From Leucoraja erinacea (taxonomy: Eukaryota), in contig NC_073386.1 in NCBI RefSeq assembly GCF_028641065.1, positions 50,344,001-50,408,000 of the forward strand: DNA of 64,000 nucleotides. Reading direction: 5' to 3'. Shown here piece after piece: positions 26,912 through 37,646 of the stretch (positions within the stretch are counted from its first letter, which is position 1; each line of letters opens with the position of its first letter). The translations under genes and the position numbers were made by a program. The notes beneath the pieces were generated by a model. That model was not told where the DNA came from. It ran no database searches and worked only from the letters and a program-made list of their open reading frames with translations.

Positions 26912-29697
26912 TGTAGTGCGTGGGTCTCAAATGAGGCAAGTAGTCCGCAGTTTGAGAAGCACTATACTTTATTTCCTCCCGGTTCAGGGGAAGACGAAAC
27001 CAGGGAAAGATGGCACCCAAACCCTGCCTTTTATACCCTCCGGCTAAGGACCGCCTCCGGACTGCACCACTCCTGTGCCGAGGGGTTCGGCAGTATAATG
27101 GGACGACCCTTAGGAGCCGCCACAGGACCCCCCCCCCAGAACCAGAGGCACAAAACGCACCGGCGGGCGCACGACCCGGCCGGCACGCGTGCGGAAGACA
27201 GCAGATCCCGGGGCTTGCGGGGGCGTAGGTGGAGGGACAGGTCGAGGGGCCGGCGGGAGGACAGGTGGAGTGACAGGTGGAGGGAGTCGTGAGGGGGGAC
27301 GCCCTCGGGGCCGAGGTTGAGCAACCAGCACCGGCTGGTCAATGTCCAGGTGCGCCGGCTTTAAACGGTCAATCGACACGGCCTCCGGCCGGCCCCCCAT
27401 GTCCAGGACAAAAGTCGACTGCCCGTGTTCCAGCACCCGGAACGGGCCCTCGTACGGCCTCTGAAGTGGCGTCCGGTGGGCATCACGGCGCAGGAAGACG
27501 TATGGGCAGTCCGTGAGGGCCATTGGCACGTGTGGGCGAAATGACCCATGGCGGGATGTCGGGACGGGTGCGAGCCTGCCAACTCGCTCGCGAAGGCGTT
27601 GAAGGGTGGAGGAGGGCGTTTCCTGCTGCTCCGGCGCCGACGGCACGAACTCCCCGGGCACTGTGAGTGTCGACCCGTACACCAGCTCCGCCGATGATGA
27701 GGCCAAGTCCTCTTTGGGAGCGGTCCGGATGCCCAGCATGACCCACGGCAACTCGTCCATCCAGTCCGGGCCGGTGAGCCGTGCCTTCAATGCCGCCTTC
27801 AGCTGCCGGTGGAACCTCTCCACCAGACCGTTAGCCTGCGGGTGGTAAGCCGTGGTGTGGTGCAGCTGCACCCCCAGCAAGCGAGCCATGGCTGACCACA
27901 GCTCGGAGGTGAACTGTGGCCCCCGGTCGGAGGAGATGTGCGCCGGCACCCCGAAGCGAGCAATCCAGTGCGCGGACAACGCACGAGCACACGTAGCCGA
28001 TGAGGTGTCAGCCAACGGAATGGCCTCCGGCCACCGCGTGAAGCGGTCCACCATGGTCAAAAGGTGGGTGATGCCCCGGGACGGTGGAAGGGGCCCCACA
28101 ATGTCCACGTGGAGATGGTCGAACCGCCGGTGAGGTAGACCGAACTCCTGGAGAGGTGCGCGGACATGGCGCTGGATCTTTGCTGTCTGGCACGGGATGC
28201 AGGTGCGAGCCCAATGGGCAACTTGCTTGCGCAGACCGTGCCACATGAAGCGAGCTGCCACCAGTGCCGTTGTCGCCCGGATTGATGGGTGAGCCAGTCC
28301 GTGGATGACCTCGAACACTCTCCGGCGCCAGGTGGCAGGGACGATGGGGCGCGGCTGACCGGACGACACATCGCACAGGATTGTCACACCCCCAGGACCG
28401 AGAGGGACATCCTCAAGACGGAGGCCGGAGATGGCAGTCCGGTAGGTGGGCACCTCGTCGTCCGTGAGCTGTGCCGCCGCCAGAGCAGAATAGTCCAATC
28501 CGGGCGCCACCTCGAACACGGCATTTATAGCAGGGCGGGACAAGGCGTCGGCCACCCGGTTCTCTTTCCCCTTGACGTAGCGGATGGCTGTGGTGTACTC
28601 GGAGATGTAAGCCAACTGCCGCTGCTGACGTGCGGACCAGGGGTCGGAAACCTTCTGCAGGGCGAAAGTGAGCGGCTTATGGTCGGTGTAGGCGGTGAAC
28701 GGGCGGCCCTCCAGGAAGTAACGAAAATGGCGCACAGCCAGGTACAGAGCCAGGAGCTCACGATCGAACGCACTGTACTTGGTCTGCGCGCGGTTGAGGT
28801 GCCGACTGAAGAAGGCCAGAGGCCGCCAAACTCCGCCCGTCAGCTGCTCCAGTACAGCACCAACTGCCGACTCCGAGGCATCCACAGTGAGAGCAGTCGG
28901 GGCATCTTCCCGCGGGTGCACCAGCAGCACGGCCCGAGCAAGGGCCTCCTTCGCGCCGTCGAAAGCTGCCTCCGCCTCGTGGGTCCACTCAACGCTCTTC
29001 TGCTGCCCACCCGCCAGAAGTTGATACAGGGGCCGCATGATGTGGGCCGCGGATGGCACAAAACGATGGTAGAATGCCACCATCTCCTTTAGGAGGGTAG
29101 ATGGCCGCCGGTCGCCCAGGCCACCCATATGCAGGATCCTACCTGCCCGCTCCATCCTACTTAGTCCGTAAATTTGGAGCAGGAGTTGTTTCAGGCCGAG
29201 ATATTTATCATTGTCCGGGGGGGCTGCGAGGAAGTCCGATACTTCTTCCACCGCATCCTGGTCGAGGGCTCCCACCAGGTAATAGAAGCGGGTGGCATCG
29301 ACCGTGATGCCCCGCAGGTTGAACTGGGCCTCCGCCTGCTGGAACCAGATGTGCGGCCGTGTGGTCCAGAAGCTGGGCAGTTTCACGGAGACCGCGTCCA
29401 GAGATAGGGTCGGGCTGGCGTGTGCGGAGGTAGGGCTTTGTTCGGTCTCCATCATGATGCCAATGGAGCGTCGGGGGTCACCAATGTAGTGCGTGGGTCT
29501 CAAATGAGGCAAGTAGTCCGCAGTTTGAGAAGCACTATACTTTATTTCCTCCCGGTTCAGGGGAAGACGAAACCAGGGAAAGATGGCACCCAAACCCTGC
29601 CTTTTATACCCTCCGGCTAAGGACCGCCTCCGGACTGCACCACTCCTGTGCCGAGGGGTTCGGCAGTATAATGGGACGACCCTTAGGAGCCGCCACA
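26912..29697 (-). mobile_element. Gypsy/Ty3 LTR retrotransposon, internally deleted
   Basis: Identical 213-bp TG..CA LTRs (26912-27124, 29485-29697); 4-bp TSD ATGG (26908-26911, 29698-29701); PBS TGGTGACCCCCGACG resembling the tRNA-Trp complement with one extra C; G-rich PPT next to 27125; TATAAAA and AATAAA in the LTR (minus). Confidence 0.97.
27110..29455 (-). CDS. Gag N-terminus fused to RT C-terminus/RNase H/integrase (781 aa), lacking protease and RT core
   Basis: VKLPSFW..WFQQAEAQF gag; VDASE..YSAFDRELLA..TDHKPL RNase H; HGLAH..CIPCQ; HVDIVGP..SDRG..NGLVERFH integrase; YEGPF. Confidence 0.9.
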   Translation of the reverse strand: MMETEQSPTSAHASPTLSLDAVSVKLPSFWTTRPHIWFQQAEAQFNLRGITVDATRFYYLVGALDQDAVEEVSDFLAAPPDNDKYLGLKQLLLQIYGLSRMERAGRILHMGGLGDRRPSTLLKEMVAFYHRFVPSAAHIMRPLYQLLAGGQQKSVEWTHEAEAAFDGAKEALARAVLLVHPREDAPTALTVDASESAVGAVLEQLTGGVWRPLAFFSRHLNRAQTKYSAFDRELLALYLAVRHFRYFLEGRPFTAYTDHKPLTFALQKVSDPWSARQQRQLAYISEYTTAIRYVKGKENRVADALSRPAINAVFEVAPGLDYSALAAAQLTDDEVPTYRTAISGLRLEDVPLGPGGVTILCDVSSGQPRPIVPATWRRRVFEVIHGLAHPSIRATTALVAARFMWHGLRKQVAHWARTCIPCQTAKIQRHVRAPLQEFGLPHRRFDHLHVDIVGPLPPSRGITHLLTMVDRFTRWPEAIPLADTSSATCARALSAHWIARFGVPAHISSDRGPQFTSELWSAMARLLGVQLHHTTAYHPQANGLVERFHRQLKAALKARLTGPDWMDELPWVMLGIRTAPKEDLASSSAELVYGSTLTVPGEFVPSAPEQQETPSSTLQRLRERVGRLAPVPTSRHGSFRPHVPMALTDCPYVFLRRDAHRTPLQRPYEGPFRVLEHGQSTFVLDMGGRPEAVSIDRLKPAHLDIDQPVLVAQPRPRGRPPSRLPPPVTPPVLPPAPRPVPPPTPPQAPGSAVFRTRAGRVVRPPVRFVPLVLGGGSCGGS

Positions 29698-30469
29698 ATG
29701 GTACCATTGACTATCAGAGGGGACTGTGTAGAGAGGGTGGCGGATTTCCGCTTCCTGGGAATCCATATTGAGGAGGACCTGACGTGGAGCGTGAACACCA
29801 CTGCGCTGCTGAAAAAGGTCCAGCAGAGACTGCACTTCCTGAGGGTGCTCAGGAAGAATAACATCACTCAGAGACTGCTGCTGTCCTTTTATCGGTGCTC
29901 CATTGAGAGCATACTAACATACTGTGTATGCGTGTGGTACACCAGCTGCACAGCGGCTCAGAGGAAAGCGCTCCAGAGGGCCATTGACAACGCCCAGAGG
30001 ATTGTCGGCTGCCCTCTCCTTACCTTGGAGGACTTACACAGTTCCCGCTGCACCAAAAAATCCCAGAATATCATAAAGGACATTTCCCACCCCGGACACT
30101 CCCTGTTTGAACTGTTGCCGTCAGGCAGACGGTACAGATCTACAAGGACAAGGACAAATAGACTAAAAAACAGTTTTTACCCCACTGCTATAAAAGCACT
30201 AAATGTAGCCGCCAAGGAACGCAGGGGCGATACAGACTAAGGGACTGTGGTAACTGTGGAATCGACAGAAGGATGGAGGGTTGGGTGTGTATGCGTGCTT
30301 TGTCCGTGATATTTATTTAGTTGTTTATCTTTAATATTTTACCTTGTATGTATCATTAGCTTTTAGAAATGTTTGAATGCTGCACTGACTGGCTGACATT
30401 TTAAATTTCGTTGTACATGGTTCATGTTACAATGACAATAAAGAAACTATTCTATTCTATGTGCCTATG

Positions 30470-31260
30470 TCATAGTCATACAGCACAGAAACAGGCCTTT
30501 TGGCCCAACTCGAACATGCTAACCTAGATGCCCAAACTAAGCTAATTCCATTTGCCCACAATCCTCTGAACTTTTCCAATCTACGTACATGTCCAAGTGT
30601 CTTTTAAATGCTGTTATAGTATCTGCATCAACTAATCCTCTGGCAGCTCATTACACAAGAGAAGAGTCAATAGTATTTTGTTGTCATATATCCCAAAACA
30701 GAACAAAATACGTTCTTGCAGCAGCACAACAGATTGTAAACATAGTACTCTGTAAAGACCATATATAAACAAACATGCACCACCCTCCGAGTGAAAAAGT
30801 TGCCCATCAGCTTTGCATTAAATCTTGTCCCTCTCACCTTAAACATGCATCCTCTTGTTTTTGATGTCTCCACCCTGGGTAAAAGATTCTATGCATTCAC
30901 CCTATTGATTCCCTTCATGATTTTATAGACCTGAATAAGATCACCCTTCAGCCTCCTGCACTCCATGGAAAAAAGTCCATCCCTGCCCAACCTCTCTCTA
31001 TAGCTCAGGGCCTCAAGCCCTGGCAACATTCTCAAAAATGTTCTCTGCTTAATGACATTCTTACTATAGCAGAGTGAATAAAACTGAACACAGTATTCTA
31101 AGTGTGGCTTCACCAACGTCTTGTACAACTGCAACAAGATGTCCCAACTTCTATATTCAATACCCCGACTAATGAAGACCAGTGTATCAAAAGCCTTCTT
31201 GGACACCCCTATCTAACCGTGACACCACTTTCAGAGAACTATGTGCCTGTATACCTATCT
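30470..31260 (-). mobile_element. CR1 3' fragment with a short nested LINE tail
   Basis: [30 protein letters not shown]. Confidence 0.8.
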
Positions 31261-31986
31261 GGTATATTATTACAACTCTAGCTTGCTGTAACATCAGGTA
31301 AACAGACTGGTTACCCACACCAATTTTATATGCAGACGATTTTCACACAATAATAAGACTGTAGCAAATAGATTCTAAACGTTAGTGTCTGCGCCTCATT
31401 TGTGTTAGGTAAACCAATCTTTGCTGGACAGAAAGGGGGGTCTTGATAACGAGAAGGGAAAATGCCTTGGTTCCTGCCTCAAAATGCCTCATTTCACAAA
31501 GCTTGCTAGAAATTGAGAGGGGGAGGGCATTTGATGAGGGCAAGTTTCTGCGCCACTGTGATGCCTTCACAGTTTTGACAGGCTCCTTGTAAAACAGTCT
31601 GATTGCCCACGAAGAGGAACCGTAGATAAATAGCGACCACGAAACAATCGGGATGAGGGGTGGGTGCCACAGGTTCCCACTGACCCTAATGTAAAACCCT
31701 CTGTCCAGGAGGGGTAATATAGCAAATGATGTCAACTTGTACCATAGTGATAGCCCGGAGAAGGGGGGGTAACCATGGCGACCACTAAACCCCTAATAAA
31801 CGCCCCCCTTTTGCCAGGGAGTGCGGACCTGCCTCACGGCGGACAGGAGCTCACTCACTCACGTCCAGTCCCTGCTAGCAGCCGGCCGCGTCGTTGTTCA
31901 CCCCCCTTGCCTGTGGCCCGAGGTCCGGGGGTCGAGCCTGATCTGGGTCGGGCCTGGTCTGGTCTGGTCTGGTCGGGCTCCCTCAC

Positions 31987-32050
31987 CGTACAGGCCGCGT
32001 CTGGACTCGGCCGCAGCGACTCGTCACTGCCAGCTCCCCGTTAAAGGCAT
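31987..32050 (-). other. YIPF1: YIPF1 non-coding exon 1 (5' end approximate)
   Basis: CpG-rich segment ending in the donor ACG|GTGAGG at 31987/31986. Confidence 0.6.
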
Positions 32051-32500
32051 CGTCCCCACGTGGACTTTAATACGCCGACAAATATATGTGCCTGCAAGCT
32101 CCAGACCCGAATCGTCACCGCATGTTCCCCAGAGCCGATGCCCGACCCGCTGAGTTACTCCAGCCGTATTGTGTCTTTAAAATATATATATATATATATT
32201 CCCCACCTTTGCACTTAATGTCAGCTGGCGTACTATGCAAACGACGGATTAGCTGACGATAAATTCAAGACGAATAACAATATAACTACTTTATTTGGGT
32301 TCTACTGCTTTACATTTATACCGATCAAGTTGTACCAGAGATTCCACATTCGTTAATCTTCAATACATTCATTTCGATAGGTAGAATATTGTGAAATCCA
32401 CGATTCGTTCAATGCTTTCGCCGAATCAGGTCTCACGGATATGATGCGTTTATTGGACTGGCAAAAGACATATAAATACTTTGGATGGGCAGTTCAGTGT
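32050..32500. promoter_or_regulatory. Divergent YIPF1/DIO1 promoter; reverse CCAAT (32452-32456), TATAAATA (32471-32478), Inr-like TCAGT (32494-32498)
   Basis: Motifs suitably placed upstream of the DIO1 ATG at 32534; CpG-enriched. Confidence 0.65.
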
Positions 32501-32533
32501 TCCATATAGGGGAGTTTGGGCTGTTTCGTTGAC

Positions 32534-32864
32534 ATGGGGAAATTAATCGTGTACCTGGAGACTTTGTTTCTCATGGTCGTTGTTTGTCTAAGTACGTTAT
32601 TTGGTAAATTTATGAGTCTTCTTTTTCCTCAAACTCTGAGGAAGATTGTGTTGAAAGCTGGTTTGAAAAGCACCATGACTCAAAATCCAAAATTCAAATA
32701 TGAAGATTGGGGACCAACAATTTTCACTTTGGAGTTCGTGAAGACCGTGTTTAAACATCTATTAGTGAATATGGGAGACGAGGCTTTCAAGGGCGCCTTT
32801 GCTCCCAATACACGAGTCATTGACTTCGACAACAAAGAACATAACGTGCTTGATTTCTTGAAGG
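32534..32864 (+). CDS. DIO1: Type 1 iodothyronine deiodinase exon 1
   Basis: N-terminal hydrophobic segment, MTQNPKFKYEDWGPT, DEAFKG.FAPN; donor G|GTATGT; 331 nt. Confidence 0.95.
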
Positions 32865-35819
32865 GTATGTATGAATTACACGTAACTGCATCAAGAGTAA
32901 ACACGTTCATGTTTCCTTTGAAATTCAACAAATGTATTTAAACTATCGAATTCGTAATTTAAAAAAAAACGAATTATTTGATGGTGCAGGTAAAAAATAA
33001 ATCGAACTTTTTTAAAACACCAGTCAGTGCTAATAACGTTTATTCAAAGGCAAACATTACATTATATTTCGGAGGGTCAAACAAGAATTAACATTGCCAT
33101 GTTTTGGGGCATATTGACAAGCTGGAAGGAAAACAACCCTTGCGTTTTGGTGATTCTAAATGCGTGCAATGTTTCATATTCGAGATAAGAATTCAGCCTT
33201 GTGCAGGCATTACATAACTGACGAAGTGACACCACCCACTGTGTTTTATGTAATAAACTGCTGTTCGAGAAACGAATATTGTATCTGTTGACAGCAACCA
33301 CCATTTAATGTAATTCTGGCAAACCCACCGATAAAATACAAAAGCAGAATGTAGTTTTGCTGCTTTTAAACAGTGGAGTTATCTGTGTAGAACACGTTTT
33401 AAAATGAGGGCACACTAGCAATTAGGCGATAGAGCAAGAAAGGTCGTCGCGGAATTTCAAAGTTTAGATCTTTAAACTGGGATAAGGGCTGGAGAAGAAC
33501 AGAGAAACGGGGAGTTGGAGCTAGTGGTTTCATTCAAAGTTGTGAAACTAGTTCTGTTAAAGTAAATGTGCTCCCAGTTTACATAAAATGCAATTTGTAC
33601 TAGGATTCAGACCCCAGGCTAATGGGTTCACAGCACGGAAACTGTCTTTTTAGCCGAATTTGGCCAATCTGCACGTGTTTTGCCAATACCCTTTCCATAT
33701 ACCAAACACCCTCTTTGTGGAAAAGGTGCCCCTCAGTTTCCTATTAAATCTTTCCCTTCTCACCTAAAAGACTCCATCCATCTATCCTGTCTATTCTGCT
33801 CATTCCTTCTCTCCCGAGATGCTGCCTGTCCCGCTGAGTTACTTCAGCTTTTTGTGTCTATCTTCGGTTTAAACCAGCATCTGCAGTTCATTCTTACATA
33901 TTCCGCTCATGATCTTGTCTACCTCTGTAAGATCACCCCTTATCCTCTGCACTCTAAGGAGTAAATCTTAGCATGCCCAACATCTCCCTATAGCTCAGAC
34001 CCTCAAGTCCTGGCAAAATCCTGGTAAATCCTCTGCACTCTTTCCAGTTTAACAACATCTTTCCGACAGCAAGGTGACCAAAACTGAAGACAATACTCCA
34101 AATGTGGCTTCACCAACATCACAACTATAACATAACATCCCAACTTCTGTATTCAATATATTATGTTTAAGAGGGAACTGCAGATGCTGGAGAATCGAAG
34201 GTTACACAGAAAATCTGGAGAAAAACTCAGCGGGTGCAGCAGCATCTATGGAGCGAAGGAAATAGGCAACGTTTCGGGCCGAAACCCTTCTTCAGACTGA
34301 TCGGGGGTGGGGGTGGGTGGGGACAAGAAAGGGAAAAGGAGGAGTAGCCAGAAGGCTGGAGGGTGGGAGGAGACAGCAGGGGAGCTGAGGAAGGGGAGGA
34401 GACAGCAAGGACTAACAGAATTGGGAGAATTCGATGTTCATGCCCCGGGGGTGTAGACTCCCCAAACGGAATATGAGGTGCTGTTCCTCCAATTTCCGGT
34501 GCTGCTCGCTGTGGCCATGGAGGAGACCCAGGACAGAGAGGTCGGAGGCGGAGTGGGAGGGGGAGTTGAAGTGCTGAGCCACCGGGAGGTCAGCTTGGTT
34601 ATTGCGGACCGAGCGGAGGTGTTCGGCGAAACGATCGCCCAACCTCTGCTTGGTCTCACCGATATAGATCTGCTGGCATCTAGAGCAGCGGACGCAATAG
34701 ATGAGGTTGGAAGAGATGCAGATAAACCTCTGTCGCACCTGGAACGACTGCTTGGGTCCTTGGACGGAGTCGAGGGGGGAGGCAAAGGGACAAGTGTTGC
34801 ATCTCCTGCGGCCGCAAGGGAAAGTGCCCGGGGAGGGGGTGGACCGAGAGGGAAGGGAAGAATTGACAAGGGAGTTATGGAGGGAGCGGTCTTTGCGGAA
34901 GGCAGATATGGGGGGAGATGGGAAGATGTGGCGAGTAGTGGGGTCACGTTGGAGGTGGCGAAACTGACGGAGGATTATTTTTTGTATGTGACGGCTGGTG
35001 GGGTGAAAGGTGAGGACTAGGGGGACTCGGCCCTTGTTGCGAGTGCGGGGATGGGGAGAGAGAGCAGTGTTGCGGGGTATGGAAGAGACCCTGGTGCGAG
35101 CCTCATTTATGGTGGAGGAGGGGAACCCCCGTTCCCTGAATAGTGAGGACATTTCAGATGTCCTGGTGTGGAACGCCTCATCCGTGGAGCAGATGCGGCG
35201 TAGACGGAGGAATTGGGAGTAGGGGATGGAGTCCTTACAGGAAGCAGGGTGGGAAGAAGTGTAGTCCAGATAGCCATGGGAGTCAGTGGGTTTTATAGTG
35301 TATGTCGGTTAGAAGTCTATCACCTGCAATGGAGATGGTGAGGTCAAGGAATGGTAGGGAAGTGTCGGAAATGGTCCAGGTGTATTTCAGTGCCGGATGG
35401 AAATTAGTGGTGAAGTGGATGAAGTCAGTCAGTTGTGTGCGGGTGCAGGAGGTGGCACCAAAGCAGTCGTCGATGTAGCGGAGGTAGAGGTTGGGGATGG
35501 GGCCCTGGTATGTATTGAACAAGGATTGCTCGACGTAACCTACAAATAGGCAGGCATAGCTGGGGCCCATGCGTGTGCCCATAGCTACACCTTGTATTTG
35601 GAGGAAGTGGGAGGAGTCGAACGCGAAGTTATTGAGGGTAAGGACCAGCTCCGCTAGGCGGAGGAGAGTGTCAGTGGCTGGGTATGGGTTGCTTCTCTGG
35701 TCGAGGAAGAACCGGAGGGCTGTGAGACCATCGTGGTGGGGGATGGAGGTGTATAGTGATTGGACGTCCTGGTGGCCTGGTGCTCGTCAGTGGGGTCATG
35801 GTCCAGGGGTAAGTAGGAG

Positions 35820-37496
35820 GAGCACCAGGCCACCATCTCCAGCACCATCACCAACTTCATCCACTCCAATGCCCTACCCGACCGAGCCTCCAACCTCATC
35901 GTTCCCCAGCCCCGCACAGCCCGATTTTACCTTCTCCCTAAAATCCACAAACCTGATTGTCCCGGAAGACCCATTGTCTCCGCCTGTTCGTGCCCCACCG
36001 AACTCATTTCCAAATACCTTGACTCCATCCTATCACCCTTGGTTAAATCCCTCCCTACCTATGTCCAAGACACCTCACACACTCTCCGTCGTCTCCGCGC
36101 ATTCAATTCTCTAGGCCCTCACCCCCTCATCTTCACCATGGACGTCCAATCACTATACACCTCCATCCCCCACCACGATGGTCTCACAGCCCTCCGGTTC
36201 TTCCTCGACCAGAGAAGCAACCCATACCCAGCCACTGACACTCTCCTCCGCCTAGCGGAGCTGGTCCTTACCCTCAATAACTTCGCGTTCGACTCCTCCC
36301 ACTTCCTCCAAATACAAGGCGTAGCTATGGGCACACGCATGGGCCCCAGCTATGCCTGCCTATTTGTAGGTTACGTCGAGCAATCCTTGTTCAATACATA
36401 CCAGGGCCCCATCCCCAACCTCTACCTCCGCTACATCGACGACTGCTTTGGTGCCACCTCCTGCACCCGCACACAACTGACTGACTTCATCCACTTCACC
36501 ACTAATTTCCATCCGGCACTGAAATACACCTGGACCATTTCCGACACTTCCCTACCATTCCTTGACCTCACCATCTCCATTGCAGGTGATAGACTTCTAA
36601 CCGACATACACTATAAACCCACTGACTCCCATGGCTATCTGGACTACACTTCTTCCCACCCTGCTTCCTGTAAGGACTCCATCCCCTACTCCCAATTCCT
36701 CCGTCTACGCCGCATCTGCTCCACGGATGAGGCGTTCCACACCAGGACATCTGAAATGTCCTCACTATTCAGGGAACGGGGGTTCCCCTCCTCCACCATA
36801 AATGAGGCTCGCACCAGGGTCTCTTCCATACCCCGCAACACTGCTCTCTCTCCCCATCCCCGCACTCGCAACAAGGGCCGAGTCCCCCTAGTCCTCACCT
36901 TTCACCCCACCAGCCGTCACATACAAAAAATAATCCTCCGTCAGTTTCGCCACCTCCAACGTGACCCCACTACTCGCCACATCTTCCCATCTCCCCCCAT
37001 ATCTGCCTTCCGCAAAGACCGCTCCCTCCATAACTCCCTTGTCAATTCTTCCCTTCCCTCTCGGTCCACCCCCTCCCCGGGCACTTTCCCTTGCGGCCGC
37101 AGGAGATGCAACACTTGTCCCTTTGCCTCCCCCCTCGACTCCGTCCAAGGACCCAAGCAGTCGTTCCAGGTGCGACAGAGGTTTACCTGCATCTCTTCCA
37201 ACCTCATCTATTGCGTCCGCTGCTCTAGATGCCAGCAGATCTATATCGGTGAGACCAAGCGGAGGTTGGGCGATCGTTTCGCCGAACACCTCCGCTCGGT
37301 CCGCAATAACCAAGCTGACCTCCCGGTGGCTCAGCACTTCAACTCCCCCTCCCACTCCGCCTCCGACCTCTCTGTCCTGGGTCTCCTCCATGGCCACAGC
37401 GAGCAGCACCGGAAATTGGAGGAACAGCACCTCATATTCCGTTTGGGGAGTCTACACCCCCGGGGCATGAACATCGAATTCTCCCAATTCTGTTAG
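35820..37496 (+). CDS. 5'-truncated but uninterrupted Penelope RT plus GIY-YIG endonuclease ORF
   Basis: FYLLPKIHK, GRPIVS, MDVQSLYTSIP, QGVAMG, RYIDD, NLIY..YIGET. Confidence 0.9.
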   Translation, partial: EHQATISSTITNFIHSNALPDRASNLIVPQPRTARFYLLPKIHKPDCPGRPIVSACSCPTELISKYLDSILSPLVKSLPTYVQDTSHTLRRLRAFNSLGPHPLIFTMDVQSLYTSIPHHDGLTALRFFLDQRSNPYPATDTLLRLAELVLTLNNFAFDSSHFLQIQGVAMGTRMGPSYACLFVGYVEQSLFNTYQGPIPNLYLRYIDDCFGATSCTRTQLTDFIHFTTNFHPALKYTWTISDTSLPFLDLTISIAGDRLLTDIHYKPTDSHGYLDYTSSHPASCKDSIPYSQFLRLRRICSTDEAFHTRTSEMSSLFRERGFPSSTINEARTRVSSIPRNTALSPHPRTRNKGRVPLVLTFHPTSRHIQKIILRQFRHLQRDPTTRHIFPSPPISAFRKDRSLHNSLVNSSLPSRSTPSPGTFPCGRRRCNTCPFASPLDSVQGPKQSFQVRQRFTCISSNLIYCVRCSRCQQIYIGETKRRLGDRFAEHLRSVRNNQADLPVAQHFNSPSHSASDLSVLGLLHGHSEQHRKLEEQHLIFRLGSLHPRGMNIEFSQFC

Positions 37497-37605
37497 TCCT
37501 TGCTGTCTCCTCCCCTTCCTCAGCTCCCCTGCTGTCTCCTCCCACCCTCCAGCCTTCTGGCTACTCCTCCTTTTCCCTTTCTTGTCCCCACCCACCCCCA
37601 CCCCC

Positions 37606-37646
37606 GATCAGTCTGAAGAAGGGTTTCGGCCCGAAACGTTGCCTAT
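37606..37646 (+). ncRNA. Minimal hammerhead-ribozyme-like motif in the Penelope terminal repeat (mirror copy 34268-34295 minus; also 9912-9939 minus)
   Basis: CTGAAGA-A-GGG-TTTCGG-CCC-GAAA-CGTT: core boxes, stem II and a palindromic minimal stem III; stem I weak. Confidence 0.55.

Larger units (their letters stand above)
26190..30460 (+). mobile_element. Rex1/Babar LINE split by a Gypsy insertion
   Basis: [28 protein letters not shown] left of the insert; frame resumes at 29698 (MVPLTIRG...); (CTATT)n tail at ~30447-30460. Confidence 0.92.

Noticed and set aside
27277-29620. Many overlapping ORFs inside the Gypsy element (and likewise inside Penelope)
   Set aside because: Shadow frames of GC-rich coding sequence with no recognisable motifs.
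29456-29707. N-terminal 84 aa of the 865-aa ORF
   Set aside because: It runs through the LTR and host LINE flank; the plausible gag start is the ATG at 29455.
32200-32470. Thyroid hormone response element in the DIO1 promoter
   Set aside because: No convincing DR4 or palindromic AGGTCA pair; only a weak half-site at ~32428.
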